From IMG/VR virus record IMGVR_UViG_3300003877_000001, positions 62,001-126,000 of that record: 64,000 nucleotides of DNA; one strand, written 5' to 3'. The notes under the pieces were generated by a model. It was not told the origin of the DNA. It saw nothing but the letters and a program-made list of their open reading frames with translations, and did not search any database. Position numbers and translations under genes: made by a program. The first letter of the stretch is position 1. Every line of letters begins with the position of its first letter. This document shows, one piece after another, positions 20,538 to 32,535 of the stretch.

Positions 20538-23500
20538 ATGGCAAACAGCGTTAAATTAATAGATCCTTTAGATTCGGTAACAAAACTACCTAATGGAACT
20601 CCTGAATATGAAAAAATGTTCATGTTCGCAGAATTATTAGGTGAAAGAAGAGAAAGAAGTATACTTACATTAAATGCTAATCAAGGCGGTGTGTCTCTTA
20701 AAACTGCATTAAGTAATACTAATGTTAATATGATGGGTGTTGATTTTAATGAAAATGTAAAAAATTCATCAAAATTTACAACAAAATGGACTGATAGTAC
20801 AAGTCAAAATGAAAAAATTCTCGATGGTTTTGGTGTATCAAAAATAAATGTTAATATTAATTCATCATTTATACCAACGGTAACTATTGAATTTGTTGAT
20901 ATTCGTGGTATGACGTTTTTTAATTTAGGTGAAAAATCACCATATTCATTAATATATGATTTTCCACCACCAATATTTAAAATGACTTTAAAAGGATATT
21001 ATGGTAGAGCATTAGATTATGATTTACATTTAGTTAAACATAAAACAAGATTTGATTCTAAAACAGGTAATTATTATATTACTGTTGATTTTGTTGCAAG
21101 AACATTTGCACCATTAGCAGATATTCCATTTAAATTTGCTGAAATAGTATCATTAATGTCAACAAACACACATCTAGAACCAGATGAAAAGGTTAATGAA
21201 TCTGCAATGCAAGATAATGTGAATCCAATTAATCCAAATCAATTAAATTCTGATCCTAGAGTAGTACCAAGAAATACATATGAATTAGTTCAAAAATTAA
21301 AAAGATTAATGGATGAATTAAAGAAATTAAAAAATACATCAAGAGAATCGAAAAAATTTGATGATGCTAAATTAGGTCTTCAGAATGGTAAAGATGTTAT
21401 TAATACTATGAATCAGTTTAGTGGAAGGGTAGATAGTATATTTCAAAAAAATGCTCATTTAATACTTAAAAATAATGGTACAATACCTGAAAATCAGACA
21501 TCTGATGATGGTGGTGATTTTAGTATTGTGCAACCTGAAAACGTAAGTGTATATGATAGTATTATAAAAGAAGCTACCGATAGTGGTAATAATAGTAAAA
21601 CAGAAGATACTAGAATGTATATGGGTATTCAATATATACCATCTAGAGATGGTAATATTAATGTTCCATTACCTGATGATGCAGCAACTAAAATGAAAGA
21701 TGCTTTACTTAGTTATAGAACAGCCTTATTAGATGAAGGTAAAATATTTTCAAGAAATAATATTGTTGATACTGATATAGGACAACCTATTTTCATTAAA
21801 GATCAAACACCACCAAACGCAACTACTGAAAATGATTATGATCAATACAATGTAATTGACGTAACTGAATTTTATATTAAATTAAGAAAAATTATTAAAG
21901 AAAAACAAGATATTGTTAAAGAATCACAACAAGAATTAGTTGGTGTTGTTAACAATAAAATCGAAGATATACTTGGTTTTAAACCATCAATATATAATAT
22001 ATTTAAAATACTTTGTGATGATATTGATAATTTCTTCAAGGTTTTGGGTGGTGTTAGTAAAAATGCAGAAACACATCATAATAAATTCTTTAATAATATT
22101 ATTGGTGAAATTCAAGAACAAAAAAGTAAAAATGTTACAAAAAAAATATATCCGTTTCCTTTATATGTTAAAGAAGATATTACTTGTGGTGTTACTAGAA
22201 AAGTTCGTAGAATGCCAGAATTTAAAATAGATGAACAATTTCCTGAAGTAGATTTTATTGAAAAATTTATAGATAAAATTATTGCAATTAAAAAAGAAGA
22301 AACAATTGCAGAAATGAGAACTCAAATAGATTCTAATGGTAATAACGAATGGATACCTATAACACCTGCTGATAGTTCTTTATATAAAGACCTTGGGGAT
22401 ATATATCCATCACCATATTCAAAATTAGAGCAAGTTCAAGGACAACCAGACTCTATAACAGCCTTTTATGATAGACTATTAAATAGATTTTATATAGCAT
22501 CACAATTTACATATGGTGATACATTCTATTCAGATGAAAGAAATGCAGCACTTGGTATTGTAGTACCAGTAGGATTAACCGTACCATCATTTGCATGGTT
22601 TGGTGGTGGTGGATTAAAAAGAGATGATTTAATTAAATATATTGCAAATGCTGAAGCAATAAATGTTGGTAATTCAATTATTAGTGATTCAGTATTAAAT
22701 AGTTTAATTGATAAAGCAAAATATGGTGGATTTAAAGGTGATGCTGATTTATTTTATGATACAATAAAAGATATTACCTCATTTAATTCAGTAAATGGTA
22801 TATTTCAAACATTAACCAACGGTGAAACAAAACTATATAGAAATACTGATGATCCAAATTTTGAAGGAATGTCAATACTTGATAACCCACCTAGTACAAA
22901 TATGAATGAAGATACTAATAATCCAATTGGTGGATTTTTAAATGATACTAAAAATACATTTATTGATTGGATGTATAATAATGATCGTTCAAATATTAAA
23001 CAATTTACAAAAGAAAATATACCATATTTTCCTGATTCAGCAGATGATTTTACTGGTAATCTTAATACAATTTATCAAAATAGAATAGATAATTCAATTA
23101 TCAATGATTATACTGATAGTGAAAATTCATTTTTATCATTTCTAGATACCGTAACATTTACAGATGATCAAGAAAAAAGAAAAGGAAATGGTAATTTTGG
23201 ATTTAATTTAGCAACATCACTTGCAAATTATGGAACAGAAATTAGAGATGTTTTAACGGGTGGTTCTTATAATATTAGAACAAATGCTTTTTTATTGTCA
23301 TCAATGTTTGGAAATTCTAGATCATATTTTAGTAAATTACAAATTGATCTAGACGATGATGCTATTACTGTTAATGATTCTTTTCTAACGCCAGCAGTTG
23401 TTGAAGTACCCAATTTTAGTGTTTTATATATGGGGTCATTAATTGAATATAATAATTCAAGTATTCCAGTAAAAAGTGAAATTAATACTCTTCTAGATCA

Positions 23501-25175
23501 AAATTGGTTTAAAGCACTTAGTTTTAATGGACATTATATTAAAATTGATACAAATACTATTAATCAATTATCAGCTAAAGATAGTGCTTCATTTTTAGAT
23601 TTTTTAGATGATTGGATTACGAGAGGGAATGGTGGATATAATGATTATCTTGACTTAATATTAGATATTATGAGTGCTGTTGATGATGCAACAGATTTAG
23701 ATAAAACCGATAATGGTGAAGTATATGATTTCATTAAGGATTATATGATTAAAAAAAATATTGATAATGAAATCACAGATAATATGTTTTTGACAAGATC
23801 AATACTTAATTTTTCTGAATATACTTTTAAAAATATCGATAGTACGCAACCAAATCCAACTAGAAGTTATCAATCTTTATTAGATTCTAATGGTAATGCA
23901 GAAAGAAAAAAAGCAAACGATACTTTTTTTGAAGCATTTTGGCTTAAATTAAGTGAAGTGTTACCAAAAAGAAAAAAAGAATTAACAGAAATAGATAGTG
24001 GGTTTAGAAGTCAAGTTGAAGACGAGGATATTAAAACACAATTATATTATTCATTTAAAAATATATCAGATAAATGGGTATCTGGTATTGATACTGAAAA
24101 AAGAGGATTCCCATTAAATATTAATGATAAAGATAGTTTAATTAGTAAATTTGCATTTGTTGATAGAGCAATGAATCCTATTGGTGATGATGTTGTAATA
24201 AATGTTGATGCAATTATTGAAATGTCACAAGATTACGATTTAAATATGTTCCAAGTATTTTCAAGAATATTATCTTTAAATGGGTTCGAATTCTTTCCAT
24301 TACAAAATTTTATGGTTTTTGATGGTAATAAAGATGATGATAAAAAAACAGGTAATGGTAATGATAGTTGGGAAAATGCATTTAGTATTTTTGAAACAGT
24401 AGAACAACCTGCAACAGCAGCATTTGTATGTATGTATATTGGTGGTACATCATCTACATTAGATAATGTTAATAGTCAATACGATAATGATGGTATACTT
24501 GATTTGGAGGAAGGTGGTTTACCTGATTTTATAAATGTTGGTGAATGTGATGATTCACTAGAAGTTAAGAATGCAGCAAAAAGACCTACAAATCCTAATG
24601 AACCCAAATTTAATTATTCTGAACCTAAAGCATTTAGAGTAAGATTTGGTGAACAAAATCAATCATTTTTTACGGATATTCAATTAGAGGGTAGAGAATT
24701 TCCAGAAACCGCAGACTCGTTAGCTATTTTATCTCGTATTGCAGGTGATGGTAAAACAACAGCACCAGTACCTAAAGGTCAAAATTTATTTAGTCTTTAT
24801 GAAAATAGGGCATATTCTGTTAAGGTAAGTATGTTGGGTAATGTAATGATACAACCAACGCAATATTTTCAATTAGAAAATATACCAATGTATTCTGGTG
24901 CATATATGATTACTGATGTTAAGCATACGGTAAAAGCAAATCATATGACAACAGAATTTGAAGGTGTTAAAATATTAAAATATCCTAATCCATTTGTAAA
25001 AAGTTTTGCAACCATAGTAGGTATTGAAACAGGTAGTGCTGAAGATTTAAGTAGTAATAATGGGAGTGATGATGTGATACTAATGTCATCATCAACATTA
25101 AAAAATGTTAAAGATGTAAACGGTGAACCAAATTATAATAACTCAATGTTTGGATTATCAATAAGCCCAAATTAA
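20538..25175 (+). CDS. large virion protein, probable baseplate hub-like
   Basis: N-terminal P.V.I.F.D.RG; C-terminal MLGN..IQP...F.L.N.PM..G.Y.I..V.H pattern. Confidence 0.55.
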   Translation: MANSVKLIDPLDSVTKLPNGTPEYEKMFMFAELLGERRERSILTLNANQGGVSLKTALSNTNVNMMGVDFNENVKNSSKFTTKWTDSTSQNEKILDGFGVSKINVNINSSFIPTVTIEFVDIRGMTFFNLGEKSPYSLIYDFPPPIFKMTLKGYYGRALDYDLHLVKHKTRFDSKTGNYYITVDFVARTFAPLADIPFKFAEIVSLMSTNTHLEPDEKVNESAMQDNVNPINPNQLNSDPRVVPRNTYELVQKLKRLMDELKKLKNTSRESKKFDDAKLGLQNGKDVINTMNQFSGRVDSIFQKNAHLILKNNGTIPENQTSDDGGDFSIVQPENVSVYDSIIKEATDSGNNSKTEDTRMYMGIQYIPSRDGNINVPLPDDAATKMKDALLSYRTALLDEGKIFSRNNIVDTDIGQPIFIKDQTPPNATTENDYDQYNVIDVTEFYIKLRKIIKEKQDIVKESQQELVGVVNNKIEDILGFKPSIYNIFKILCDDIDNFFKVLGGVSKNAETHHNKFFNNIIGEIQEQKSKNVTKKIYPFPLYVKEDITCGVTRKVRRMPEFKIDEQFPEVDFIEKFIDKIIAIKKEETIAEMRTQIDSNGNNEWIPITPADSSLYKDLGDIYPSPYSKLEQVQGQPDSITAFYDRLLNRFYIASQFTYGDTFYSDERNAALGIVVPVGLTVPSFAWFGGGGLKRDDLIKYIANAEAINVGNSIISDSVLNSLIDKAKYGGFKGDADLFYDTIKDITSFNSVNGIFQTLTNGETKLYRNTDDPNFEGMSILDNPPSTNMNEDTNNPIGGFLNDTKNTFIDWMYNNDRSNIKQFTKENIPYFPDSADDFTGNLNTIYQNRIDNSIINDYTDSENSFLSFLDTVTFTDDQEKRKGNGNFGFNLATSLANYGTEIRDVLTGGSYNIRTNAFLLSSMFGNSRSYFSKLQIDLDDDAITVNDSFLTPAVVEVPNFSVLYMGSLIEYNNSSIPVKSEINTLLDQNWFKALSFNGHYIKIDTNTINQLSAKDSASFLDFLDDWITRGNGGYNDYLDLILDIMSAVDDATDLDKTDNGEVYDFIKDYMIKKNIDNEITDNMFLTRSILNFSEYTFKNIDSTQPNPTRSYQSLLDSNGNAERKKANDTFFEAFWLKLSEVLPKRKKELTEIDSGFRSQVEDEDIKTQLYYSFKNISDKWVSGIDTEKRGFPLNINDKDSLISKFAFVDRAMNPIGDDVVINVDAIIEMSQDYDLNMFQVFSRILSLNGFEFFPLQNFMVFDGNKDDDKKTGNGNDSWENAFSIFETVEQPATAAFVCMYIGGTSSTLDNVNSQYDNDGILDLEEGGLPDFINVGECDDSLEVKNAAKRPTNPNEPKFNYSEPKAFRVRFGEQNQSFFTDIQLEGREFPETADSLAILSRIAGDGKTTAPVPKGQNLFSLYENRAYSVKVSMLGNVMIQPTQYFQLENIPMYSGAYMITDVKHTVKANHMTTEFEGVKILKYPNPFVKSFATIVGIETGSAEDLSSNNGSDDVILMSSSTLKNVKDVNGEPNYNNSMFGLSISPN

Positions 25176-25185
25176 AAAAATAAAT

Positions 25186-26526
25186 ATGCCATATAAAAAA
25201 TTAACAAATACAGGAATACAGTTTATTAAAACAATATGTAAAGGAACTAGTAATAGTTTACTTGTAGGTAAACAATCATATGGATTACCAAATAGTGGTA
25301 ATCCTTCAAGTACTATTTATACTGCTAATCCTACATTAAATGGAGAACCCATTGTTACTAATTTTCAATTAGGAGAGTCCCTAATACAATGGTTTAATTT
25401 TTATGCAGATTTATATGATTTAGATGCTAATATTATTGCAGCACAAGCATATATTGAAAGTAAATATAATTTATGGGCATACTCAAGTACTGGTGCACAA
25501 GGAATTAGTCAATTTTTAAGTGCAACATTATATGATGTTGCTATTGGTGGTTTTGGTGATGCGAGTCATATTAGTATAGAATTTACTGATGATGAAAAAG
25601 ATAAATTAATATTAAATCTAACAAACGGAAAACAACAAAATTCATACGTATATAAAGATTCAAATCCAGCATTACAAACAGCAAAAAACAATAAAATCCC
25701 ATTTTTTCAAAATATTATGGATAATCCTGATTTAATAATTAAAGCACAATGTAGACTTATGGCTGGTATTGGGTATAAAGCAGCATATAACGCAGCTAGT
25801 AGTTTATATGGTTATAATCAAGGATCAAAATATGTAAGATCAACATTTACAGGAACAGCTAAATTAGCTGAAAATAAAAAGGGGTATGATGAAGGAATTA
25901 ATTATATTAAAAGAATATTTAATGTGTTAGGTAATATTAATAAAACAGATCACAAACCACAAGGTATTTGGTTTGGATATGATATTGATTTCACATTTGA
26001 TACTTTTCAAGCAGATGTTGAAACATCTAATATTGATATAGATAATGTTGACAGAACAAAAATATTATCTAAAGATTATGTTTTAGGTGATTTAATTGTA
26101 ACTAGTACAGGAATATTAAATATTCCAAATAAAGCTGAAATTAATAATTTAGAATCATTAGCTAAAAACGTATTACAAAGAATAACAGATGATATTATTG
26201 GTGGTGAAAAGTTAACGGTGAATAGTTCGTTCAGAAATAAACAATTGAATTCTAAGGTTGGTGGGGTTGTTACCAGCCAACATCAAACAGGGGAAGCTGC
26301 TGATGTGCGTATTAGTGCAACAAATAGTAAAGACTTGTTTAAAGTATTTCAAGAAATTGTTGTATCAACAATACCCTATGATCAAATTATCTATGAAAAA
26401 AAGAGTGAAAATATTACATCGATTTGGATACATATTTCTCATAATGCCGCAGGTGTTAATAAAAAACATGCTAAATTGGCAACACTAGGTACTGACGGTA
26501 GTATGAAATATCAAAAATATGTTTAA
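25186..26526 (+). CDS. peptidoglycan hydrolase: lytic transglycosylase plus peptidase M15
   Basis: AQAYIESKYN...SSTGAQGISQF; S.FR...LN..VGG...SQH..GEAAD...WIHIS. Confidence 0.88.
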   Translation: MPYKKLTNTGIQFIKTICKGTSNSLLVGKQSYGLPNSGNPSSTIYTANPTLNGEPIVTNFQLGESLIQWFNFYADLYDLDANIIAAQAYIESKYNLWAYSSTGAQGISQFLSATLYDVAIGGFGDASHISIEFTDDEKDKLILNLTNGKQQNSYVYKDSNPALQTAKNNKIPFFQNIMDNPDLIIKAQCRLMAGIGYKAAYNAASSLYGYNQGSKYVRSTFTGTAKLAENKKGYDEGINYIKRIFNVLGNINKTDHKPQGIWFGYDIDFTFDTFQADVETSNIDIDNVDRTKILSKDYVLGDLIVTSTGILNIPNKAEINNLESLAKNVLQRITDDIIGGEKLTVNSSFRNKQLNSKVGGVVTSQHQTGEAADVRISATNSKDLFKVFQEIVVSTIPYDQIIYEKKSENITSIWIHISHNAAGVNKKHAKLATLGTDGSMKYQKYV

Positions 26527-27317
26527 ATTAAGTTTTGTTTAAGATTGTATAATAAAATAAGATTTTCATTAACAGTATCAACATTAAAATCCATTTGATT
26601 TAGTTTATCAATACCTTCATTTATTTTATCTTCTACACCGTTTTTTTCACTATGAGTTAAAATGTTTATATTTTCAGTTTTTAAAGATTCAAATAAATCT
26701 TCTTTCTTTTTTGGATCACCATAAATAATATCAATCAACATATTTTTTTCATCTTCATTAAGTGTTTCAAACTTAGTATTAAATTTTTCAATTGCTACTT
26801 CAACAACAGCATCTAAATCAATATTTTCATCAAGTAATTCAAATTTATCTTCAATTTCAGTTCCTTCATTGATGTTTTCTTTTAGATAATTTAATACATT
26901 TGAATATGCATTATGTGATTCATTAATATTATTTGATCCTTTAGCTTTTTCAAAAACCAATGTACTAATTGATTTATATAATAATTTTTTTGATTCAGAT
27001 ATATTAACAGTATCTTCATTAGTAATAAACTCATTTAATTTCTCATGTACATCAATTACTTCTTCTTGAGTAAATGCTTCAAATAATTTTACATTTTCAT
27101 CAATATATTTTGCAGCTAAAACATCATTTTCAATATGTTTATTCTCAATATTTTCTATAATTGAATATTCAAACATTAAAATTGGAGATTCTTTTACTAC
27201 ATTAATAAAATTACTTGCTAATTTTTTTGAGTTGTTAATATTCGATTCATTTAAAAATTCATTACTAACTTTATTCGCTACTATTGTTTTAGCAATACCA
27301 AAATTCTTATCTTCCAT
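26523..27317 (-). CDS. head module protein
   Basis: Downstream of portal; several LNE/INE motifs. Confidence 0.55.
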   Translation of the reverse strand: MEDKNFGIAKTIVANKVSNEFLNESNINNSKKLASNFINVVKESPILMFEYSIIENIENKHIENDVLAAKYIDENVKLFEAFTQEEVIDVHEKLNEFITNEDTVNISESKKLLYKSISTLVFEKAKGSNNINESHNAYSNVLNYLKENINEGTEIEDKFELLDENIDLDAVVEVAIEKFNTKFETLNEDEKNMLIDIIYGDPKKKEDLFESLKTENINILTHSEKNGVEDKINEGIDKLNQMDFNVDTVNENLILLYNLKQNLI

Positions 27318-27387
27318 AATACATAATTTTATATAAATACTCTCTCTATTATAAAAAAGTATTAAAAATCAATTAGTATTTATAGAT

Positions 27388-27759
27388 ATGAAATTCATAA
27401 AATTTTATACACCAAACCATTATAATTGTTTTCTAAAAAAATCAGAACAATTTATTGATGATTTCAATGATATTGATAAGTGGGTAAAAACTAGAAACGA
27501 TTCAACAATTGTTAAATGGGTTCGTCTTATTATATTATTTGAAACAAATAATACTGAATATTATGAAGAAATGTCTATATTATTAACACATATAATTAAA
27601 TTTTTTATAATAGAATTAGATATTGACAATAATCAAATCAAACTAAAAAACAGTGAAATATTAAAGATTTTCAAAAAATTTAAAAACATAATATATTTAG
27701 AATACGCATTTAGAAATGGTATTACTGAAATTAAAACACCAAAATATAGTTTATTATAG
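27388..27759 (+). CDS. hypothetical protein
   Basis: ORF track. Confidence 0.4.
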   Translation: MKFIKFYTPNHYNCFLKKSEQFIDDFNDIDKWVKTRNDSTIVKWVRLIILFETNNTEYYEEMSILLTHIIKFFIIELDIDNNQIKLKNSEILKIFKKFKNIIYLEYAFRNGITEIKTPKYSLL

Positions 27760-27760
27760 A

Positions 27761-29833
27761 TTATTTCTTTTTAATGTTTTCAACATCTTCAATATTTAAA
27801 TTCATAATATCAACACCTTCAGCAATTTTCTTTTTAGAATCTTTAGTTGGTTTATCGATATCATTTCTTTTACTTTCGAAATTTCTTGTAGATACTTCAT
27901 CTTTATTTGTATTAATAGTATCAGAATTTTCTAACAAAGCATCTATTTCACTAGTCATTTGATCAGCTTTTTCGTTAAGTTTTTTATTTTTAGAATCGTT
28001 TTCTCTTATAATTTTCTTTGTTTCAGCTTTCTTTTGGACTTTTTTATTGTCATTATTTACCATTTCTTCAATAAAATTATCGAATTTAGCACCATATTTT
28101 TTATAATTATCTTCTGAAACTATTGATGGTCGTTTACCGTAACCTATTATAGGTCTTTTATCTCCAAATCCTTGACCTTGACCAATTACTACTGGTAAAT
28201 CATTTGGAGATTGTGGTGCATCCATTCCACCACCATCTGCTGGTGGAATATTCATATCACCACCAGCATCACCAAATTCATCATCCATTCCACCAGCAGT
28301 ATCACCACTAATTGGTAATTCACCAGAACCATATTTATTATCAATATCGGTAAATAATCCAGTTTCTCTAATAACCAGAGGTGAATCTTGAAGTTCTTGA
28401 GATACTGCACGTTCCATTCTTTGCATTTTAAGATCATTAATAATCTCTTTTTCTGACATATTTAATACTAGTTTCTTAGCTTCAGTATGTGACATTGCAG
28501 CAATTCCACCTTCACTTCTAGTAAGTTCAGTATAAACTTGTGCCTTAGATTGTAATAATTCAGTTTGTAAAATATCTTGTTGTGTTGAAGGATTAGTTAA
28601 TGAAAGACTAAAATTACTTAAATCTTCTTTACTAAAACCAAGTAAATAAAGATGAATTATAGCCATTTTATTTAATTCCTGTATAACTGCTTGTTGAATA
28701 CGATTAATCTTCTTAGAGAAACGTATATCCATTTGTGCAAGATTTTTACCATCACCTGCTGATTCTTGAAATCCGAGAAATGGTTTCGGAATTCCTAAAC
28801 CTGTAAATAAATTATCTCTTAGATATTCAATATCTTGTATTTGATCTAAGTTAGAAGCACCGGGTAATGTATCTATACCTGTTTGAACATTGGCATTTCT
28901 TACTGGAATAATATAATCTTCATCATTACCTAAAATATTAAAACGGTAATCAATTTGACCTGTATCACCATGTACTTGTTGTTGCTTTTTAAATCTAGCA
29001 GCTATTTTTTGTGTGTATGATTCAATATCATCTTCATCAATATTACCAACATCAATTTTAAATACTCTTTTTTCACCTGCACGTATAATACGATATGTAA
29101 GCATAGCATCTTCAGCCATAATTAATTGACGGAAAACTCTACGTACTTTGTTTAATGTAGATGAACCATATGGTAAATATTTATCATCACCAAGCAATCT
29201 AAAATGTGCAATTTCAAATAAATTAAATTCATCATTAGTTTCTCTTTGTTTAAACTTAACTGATGCCTTACCATTATGAATACGTTCAATACGTTCCATT
29301 TCATAGTTAACCATTTGCTTCATGAAGGTAATACCTCTTTTCTTCTCACCTAACATATAAACAAAATTATCACCATATTTAACTAAATTTCTAGTCCAAA
29401 ACGGTAAGTTTACGTTTACATTTACAATATCATAAAATAATTCTTCAAGATGATTTTTTATTCTTTCTTTATCTGAATAAATTTTCAACATTTGACCATC
29501 AGAACCAATAGTAGTTGCTTCTTCCATCAATAAATCCAATGAAGATGCTATTATTGGGTAATATTCCATACCTTCATAATCTAAATATGCAGGTAAACGA
29601 GCAGCTTCATATTGCATAGCCTTTTGAAAGCCATGATCAATGGTGCTGAACATTTTATTTTTAAGTGCCTCTTGTTGCTGTAGTTCAAGACCTTTTCTTT
29701 TAATTTCGTCAGGTGAATTACCTCTAATTACAACCTTCTTGTTTTGTAAGGGTTCTACTATATCATACCCAGTCCCATCTAAATTCATCATTGAATTTAA
29801 ATTTTGATATACTGTTTTATTTTGTTTTGCCAT
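27761..29833 (-). CDS. portal protein (gp20-like)
   Basis: EDAMLTYRI.RA.EKRVF.IDVGN, IDTLPG..NL..I.DI.Y. Confidence 0.95.
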   Translation of the reverse strand: MAKQNKTVYQNLNSMMNLDGTGYDIVEPLQNKKVVIRGNSPDEIKRKGLELQQQEALKNKMFSTIDHGFQKAMQYEAARLPAYLDYEGMEYYPIIASSLDLLMEEATTIGSDGQMLKIYSDKERIKNHLEELFYDIVNVNVNLPFWTRNLVKYGDNFVYMLGEKKRGITFMKQMVNYEMERIERIHNGKASVKFKQRETNDEFNLFEIAHFRLLGDDKYLPYGSSTLNKVRRVFRQLIMAEDAMLTYRIIRAGEKRVFKIDVGNIDEDDIESYTQKIAARFKKQQQVHGDTGQIDYRFNILGNDEDYIIPVRNANVQTGIDTLPGASNLDQIQDIEYLRDNLFTGLGIPKPFLGFQESAGDGKNLAQMDIRFSKKINRIQQAVIQELNKMAIIHLYLLGFSKEDLSNFSLSLTNPSTQQDILQTELLQSKAQVYTELTRSEGGIAAMSHTEAKKLVLNMSEKEIINDLKMQRMERAVSQELQDSPLVIRETGLFTDIDNKYGSGELPISGDTAGGMDDEFGDAGGDMNIPPADGGGMDAPQSPNDLPVVIGQGQGFGDKRPIIGYGKRPSIVSEDNYKKYGAKFDNFIEEMVNNDNKKVQKKAETKKIIRENDSKNKKLNEKADQMTSEIDALLENSDTINTNKDEVSTRNFESKRNDIDKPTKDSKKKIAEGVDIMNLNIEDVENIKKK

Positions 29834-29909
29834 TATTATAAAAATTTATAATTTATTATAAATACTAATTTTTCATGAAAAATCTCAATTATAAATACAT
29901 TTATAATTC

Positions 29910-31976
29910 TTAATTTTTTAATCCATCAAATAACCAAGAATTTGCACCATTTGGGTTTGTTCTAGTAACCCTATAATCGGGTGTTCTAGTAAGAACATTA
30001 TGTTTATCTTTTTCTTTTTTTACATCTTCAACTATAACATCACTACCTAAAACTATTATTGCATCAAGCATTTTTTTTATTCTTTCTTTGCTTTCTACCA
30101 TTTTAAATAGTTCATGGAACAAAGAATATAATGCCATAGCAGTTCCCATAATAGAATCATCGTGAAACGATCTTTTATGGTCAGCAACTCGATTACCTGC
30201 AACAGTCACGAAAGTCTTTAATTCATCAAGTAAACGTACTGAGCGTATAGTTACATCACCCATGTTGATACTTCTTTGTAGTTCAATTAAAACTGAACCT
30301 CTATTACTCCCAATAAAGAAACCCGGAATTAAATCTATTTTACTTATTTTACCATCGGGCATTGTTTTTTGAGATACTTTAATATATCCATTTAATCTAT
30401 CTCTAGTTGGTTTATGAGTTATTTCACCATAATGGATATGTTCATAACCTAATTCGAATAATTTTTCTAATGTTTGTGCACCATAACCACCAGTAACATC
30501 AACAATAGTATATGCATTATTATATCTAACACCATACTCATATCCAATTTCACCTAATACACTAGGAAGGACTTTATTATAATATTCTGCAACTTGAACT
30601 GCTTTATGTCTTCTAACTTTCTTTTCTTTAGTTTTACCATTTTTGGTAAGTTTTTTAATTTCAATAGTTTCTTCTATTCTAAATATATTAACTGTTGAAT
30701 AATCTAAACCATGACCAGAAGAAACATCAATAGATTGAATGTATGTCTCATCTGGTTCAGGGTCTTCCCAAATATACATTTCATTATCTAAATATTCTTG
30801 ACGAAGAGGTGTTTGAATTTGATTATCTTCAATATATTTAATATATTCTTCAGCAATAAAGTTGTCACCAGAACCTAAGAATGAACAAAGTAACTCTTGT
30901 GCAAGTTTCTTATTATCACCATTATATTCCATAATTTGATCATCCATCCATGAAGAAACTGCTAACCAACCATCATTATGCATTTGAATTCTTTTTTCTT
31001 TAGACCAACCTTCGTCTTCTAATACAATTTCATCTTGATGTCCTCTATTTTTAACCCATTTTAAATCAAGTTCACGTGTTTCTTCATGAACAATATATCT
31101 TGGATCATTAAACCACCAAAGTTCAACAGCATTAAATTTACTTTTACCCTTTCTAGCAGCATCAAATGTTTTATAAAAAATTGGGTCAAGACCATTAGGT
31201 GTTGATACAAAAATTGCTCTACCACCAGTATTCATTACAGCAGGTCTAGTTGCAGTCCAGAACTTCTCACTATTATCTGCCCAAGCAGTTTCATCCCAAA
31301 AAAGTAATGTTGGAGTATAACCTCGAAGACCTGAAGTTGCAAATGCTTTTATTTGAGAACCATTAGAATAAATCTTATGTTTTTCATTATCTTTTTCAGT
31401 TGGTTGAGGGACTAACCAATCAGGACATGCTTCAAGAAAATCAACAACATCCTTCATCATCTCATTCATTGCAGTTTCTTGCTTATCGGCAACTATTGCA
31501 ACGTTTCTTGCAATAGTAGTAAATGCCATATACCAAGCAATATATGCGGATGTTGATGTTGAAATACCTGCCTGACGATATTTATTTGCAATATTTAACC
31601 TATTTTTTTGATAATCATGAATAAGGTCTTTTTGGAAATCAAACAATTTAAATGGTACAATACTACCATCTTCACCTTGTGTTTTATCAGTCTGATCAAA
31701 AATTGTAAAATATGTTTCAATAAAATAAATAGCATTAACAGCACATTTAGCAATTTCAATTTCTCTTTCAACTAAATCCAGTTGACTAGCTAGTTTAGGA
31801 GTTCCATCAGCAGTAACAATAACAGCTTCAAGATTTCCAGTATCTTCTCTTAATTTTTTAGCTAAAATTCTTGCTTTCTTTTTCTTCTCTTCCAACTCAA
31901 TATTCATTGGAATAACCGAAACATGCTCTACACCACTATCTTTTACTGATTCAATTTTTTTGATTTTTTTAACCAT
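29910..31976 (-). CDS. terminase large subunit (gp17-like)
   Basis: KYRQAGIST, WDETA, STPNG, DVSSG.G.DYS, HDD. Confidence 0.95.
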   Translation of the reverse strand: MVKKIKKIESVKDSGVEHVSVIPMNIELEEKKKKARILAKKLREDTGNLEAVIVTADGTPKLASQLDLVEREIEIAKCAVNAIYFIETYFTIFDQTDKTQGEDGSIVPFKLFDFQKDLIHDYQKNRLNIANKYRQAGISTSTSAYIAWYMAFTTIARNVAIVADKQETAMNEMMKDVVDFLEACPDWLVPQPTEKDNEKHKIYSNGSQIKAFATSGLRGYTPTLLFWDETAWADNSEKFWTATRPAVMNTGGRAIFVSTPNGLDPIFYKTFDAARKGKSKFNAVELWWFNDPRYIVHEETRELDLKWVKNRGHQDEIVLEDEGWSKEKRIQMHNDGWLAVSSWMDDQIMEYNGDNKKLAQELLCSFLGSGDNFIAEEYIKYIEDNQIQTPLRQEYLDNEMYIWEDPEPDETYIQSIDVSSGHGLDYSTVNIFRIEETIEIKKLTKNGKTKEKKVRRHKAVQVAEYYNKVLPSVLGEIGYEYGVRYNNAYTIVDVTGGYGAQTLEKLFELGYEHIHYGEITHKPTRDRLNGYIKVSQKTMPDGKISKIDLIPGFFIGSNRGSVLIELQRSINMGDVTIRSVRLLDELKTFVTVAGNRVADHKRSFHDDSIMGTAMALYSLFHELFKMVESKERIKKMLDAIIVLGSDVIVEDVKKEKDKHNVLTRTPDYRVTRTNPNGANSWLFDGLKN

Positions 31977-32027
31977 TTATAAATTTATATGTTTATAAAT
32001 ACTTAATTTGTGAGTTTTAGGTGTATT

Positions 32028-32525
32028 CTATTTTGTGAGTGCACTTGTGTTAATAAATTTTTCTCCTTTTAAGATAATATTTCTTTCATATAATTTATTT
32101 TCAACATCTTTTAATGTATTTCCATAATGAAAAACTAATAAAGGTAAATCATCATTATTTTCAAACATTTCATCATAATCTTTAAATTCACTTTCATATT
32201 CGGGAGAATCAATATCTTCATCTTCATATGCTAAAGCATGTATCAAATGATAACCATGAATATAGGGTCTATCAACAGCATCATGTAGACAAAACAACGT
32301 AAAATCACTTGTAGTTAATGAAAATACTTTAGAAATATATTCAGAGTCTGGGACACTATATTCTTTATGTTCTATCGCTGGTGATCTATCCCAATTCCAC
32401 ATTTCCCATATATCAGCATTAATACTATCAGGATTATCTGAAAAAATAAACTCATAGACACCCTCATTTTTGGAATTCTTACCAACTTTGAGAATATATA
32501 TGAGTTTTAGTTTATCTGTACTCAT
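32028..32525 (-). CDS. hypothetical protein
   Basis: ORF track. Confidence 0.55.
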   Translation of the reverse strand: MSTDKLKLIYILKVGKNSKNEGVYEFIFSDNPDSINADIWEMWNWDRSPAIEHKEYSVPDSEYISKVFSLTTSDFTLFCLHDAVDRPYIHGYHLIHALAYEDEDIDSPEYESEFKDYDEMFENNDDLPLLVFHYGNTLKDVENKLYERNIILKGEKFINTSALTK

Positions 32526-32535
32526 ATTAATTTAT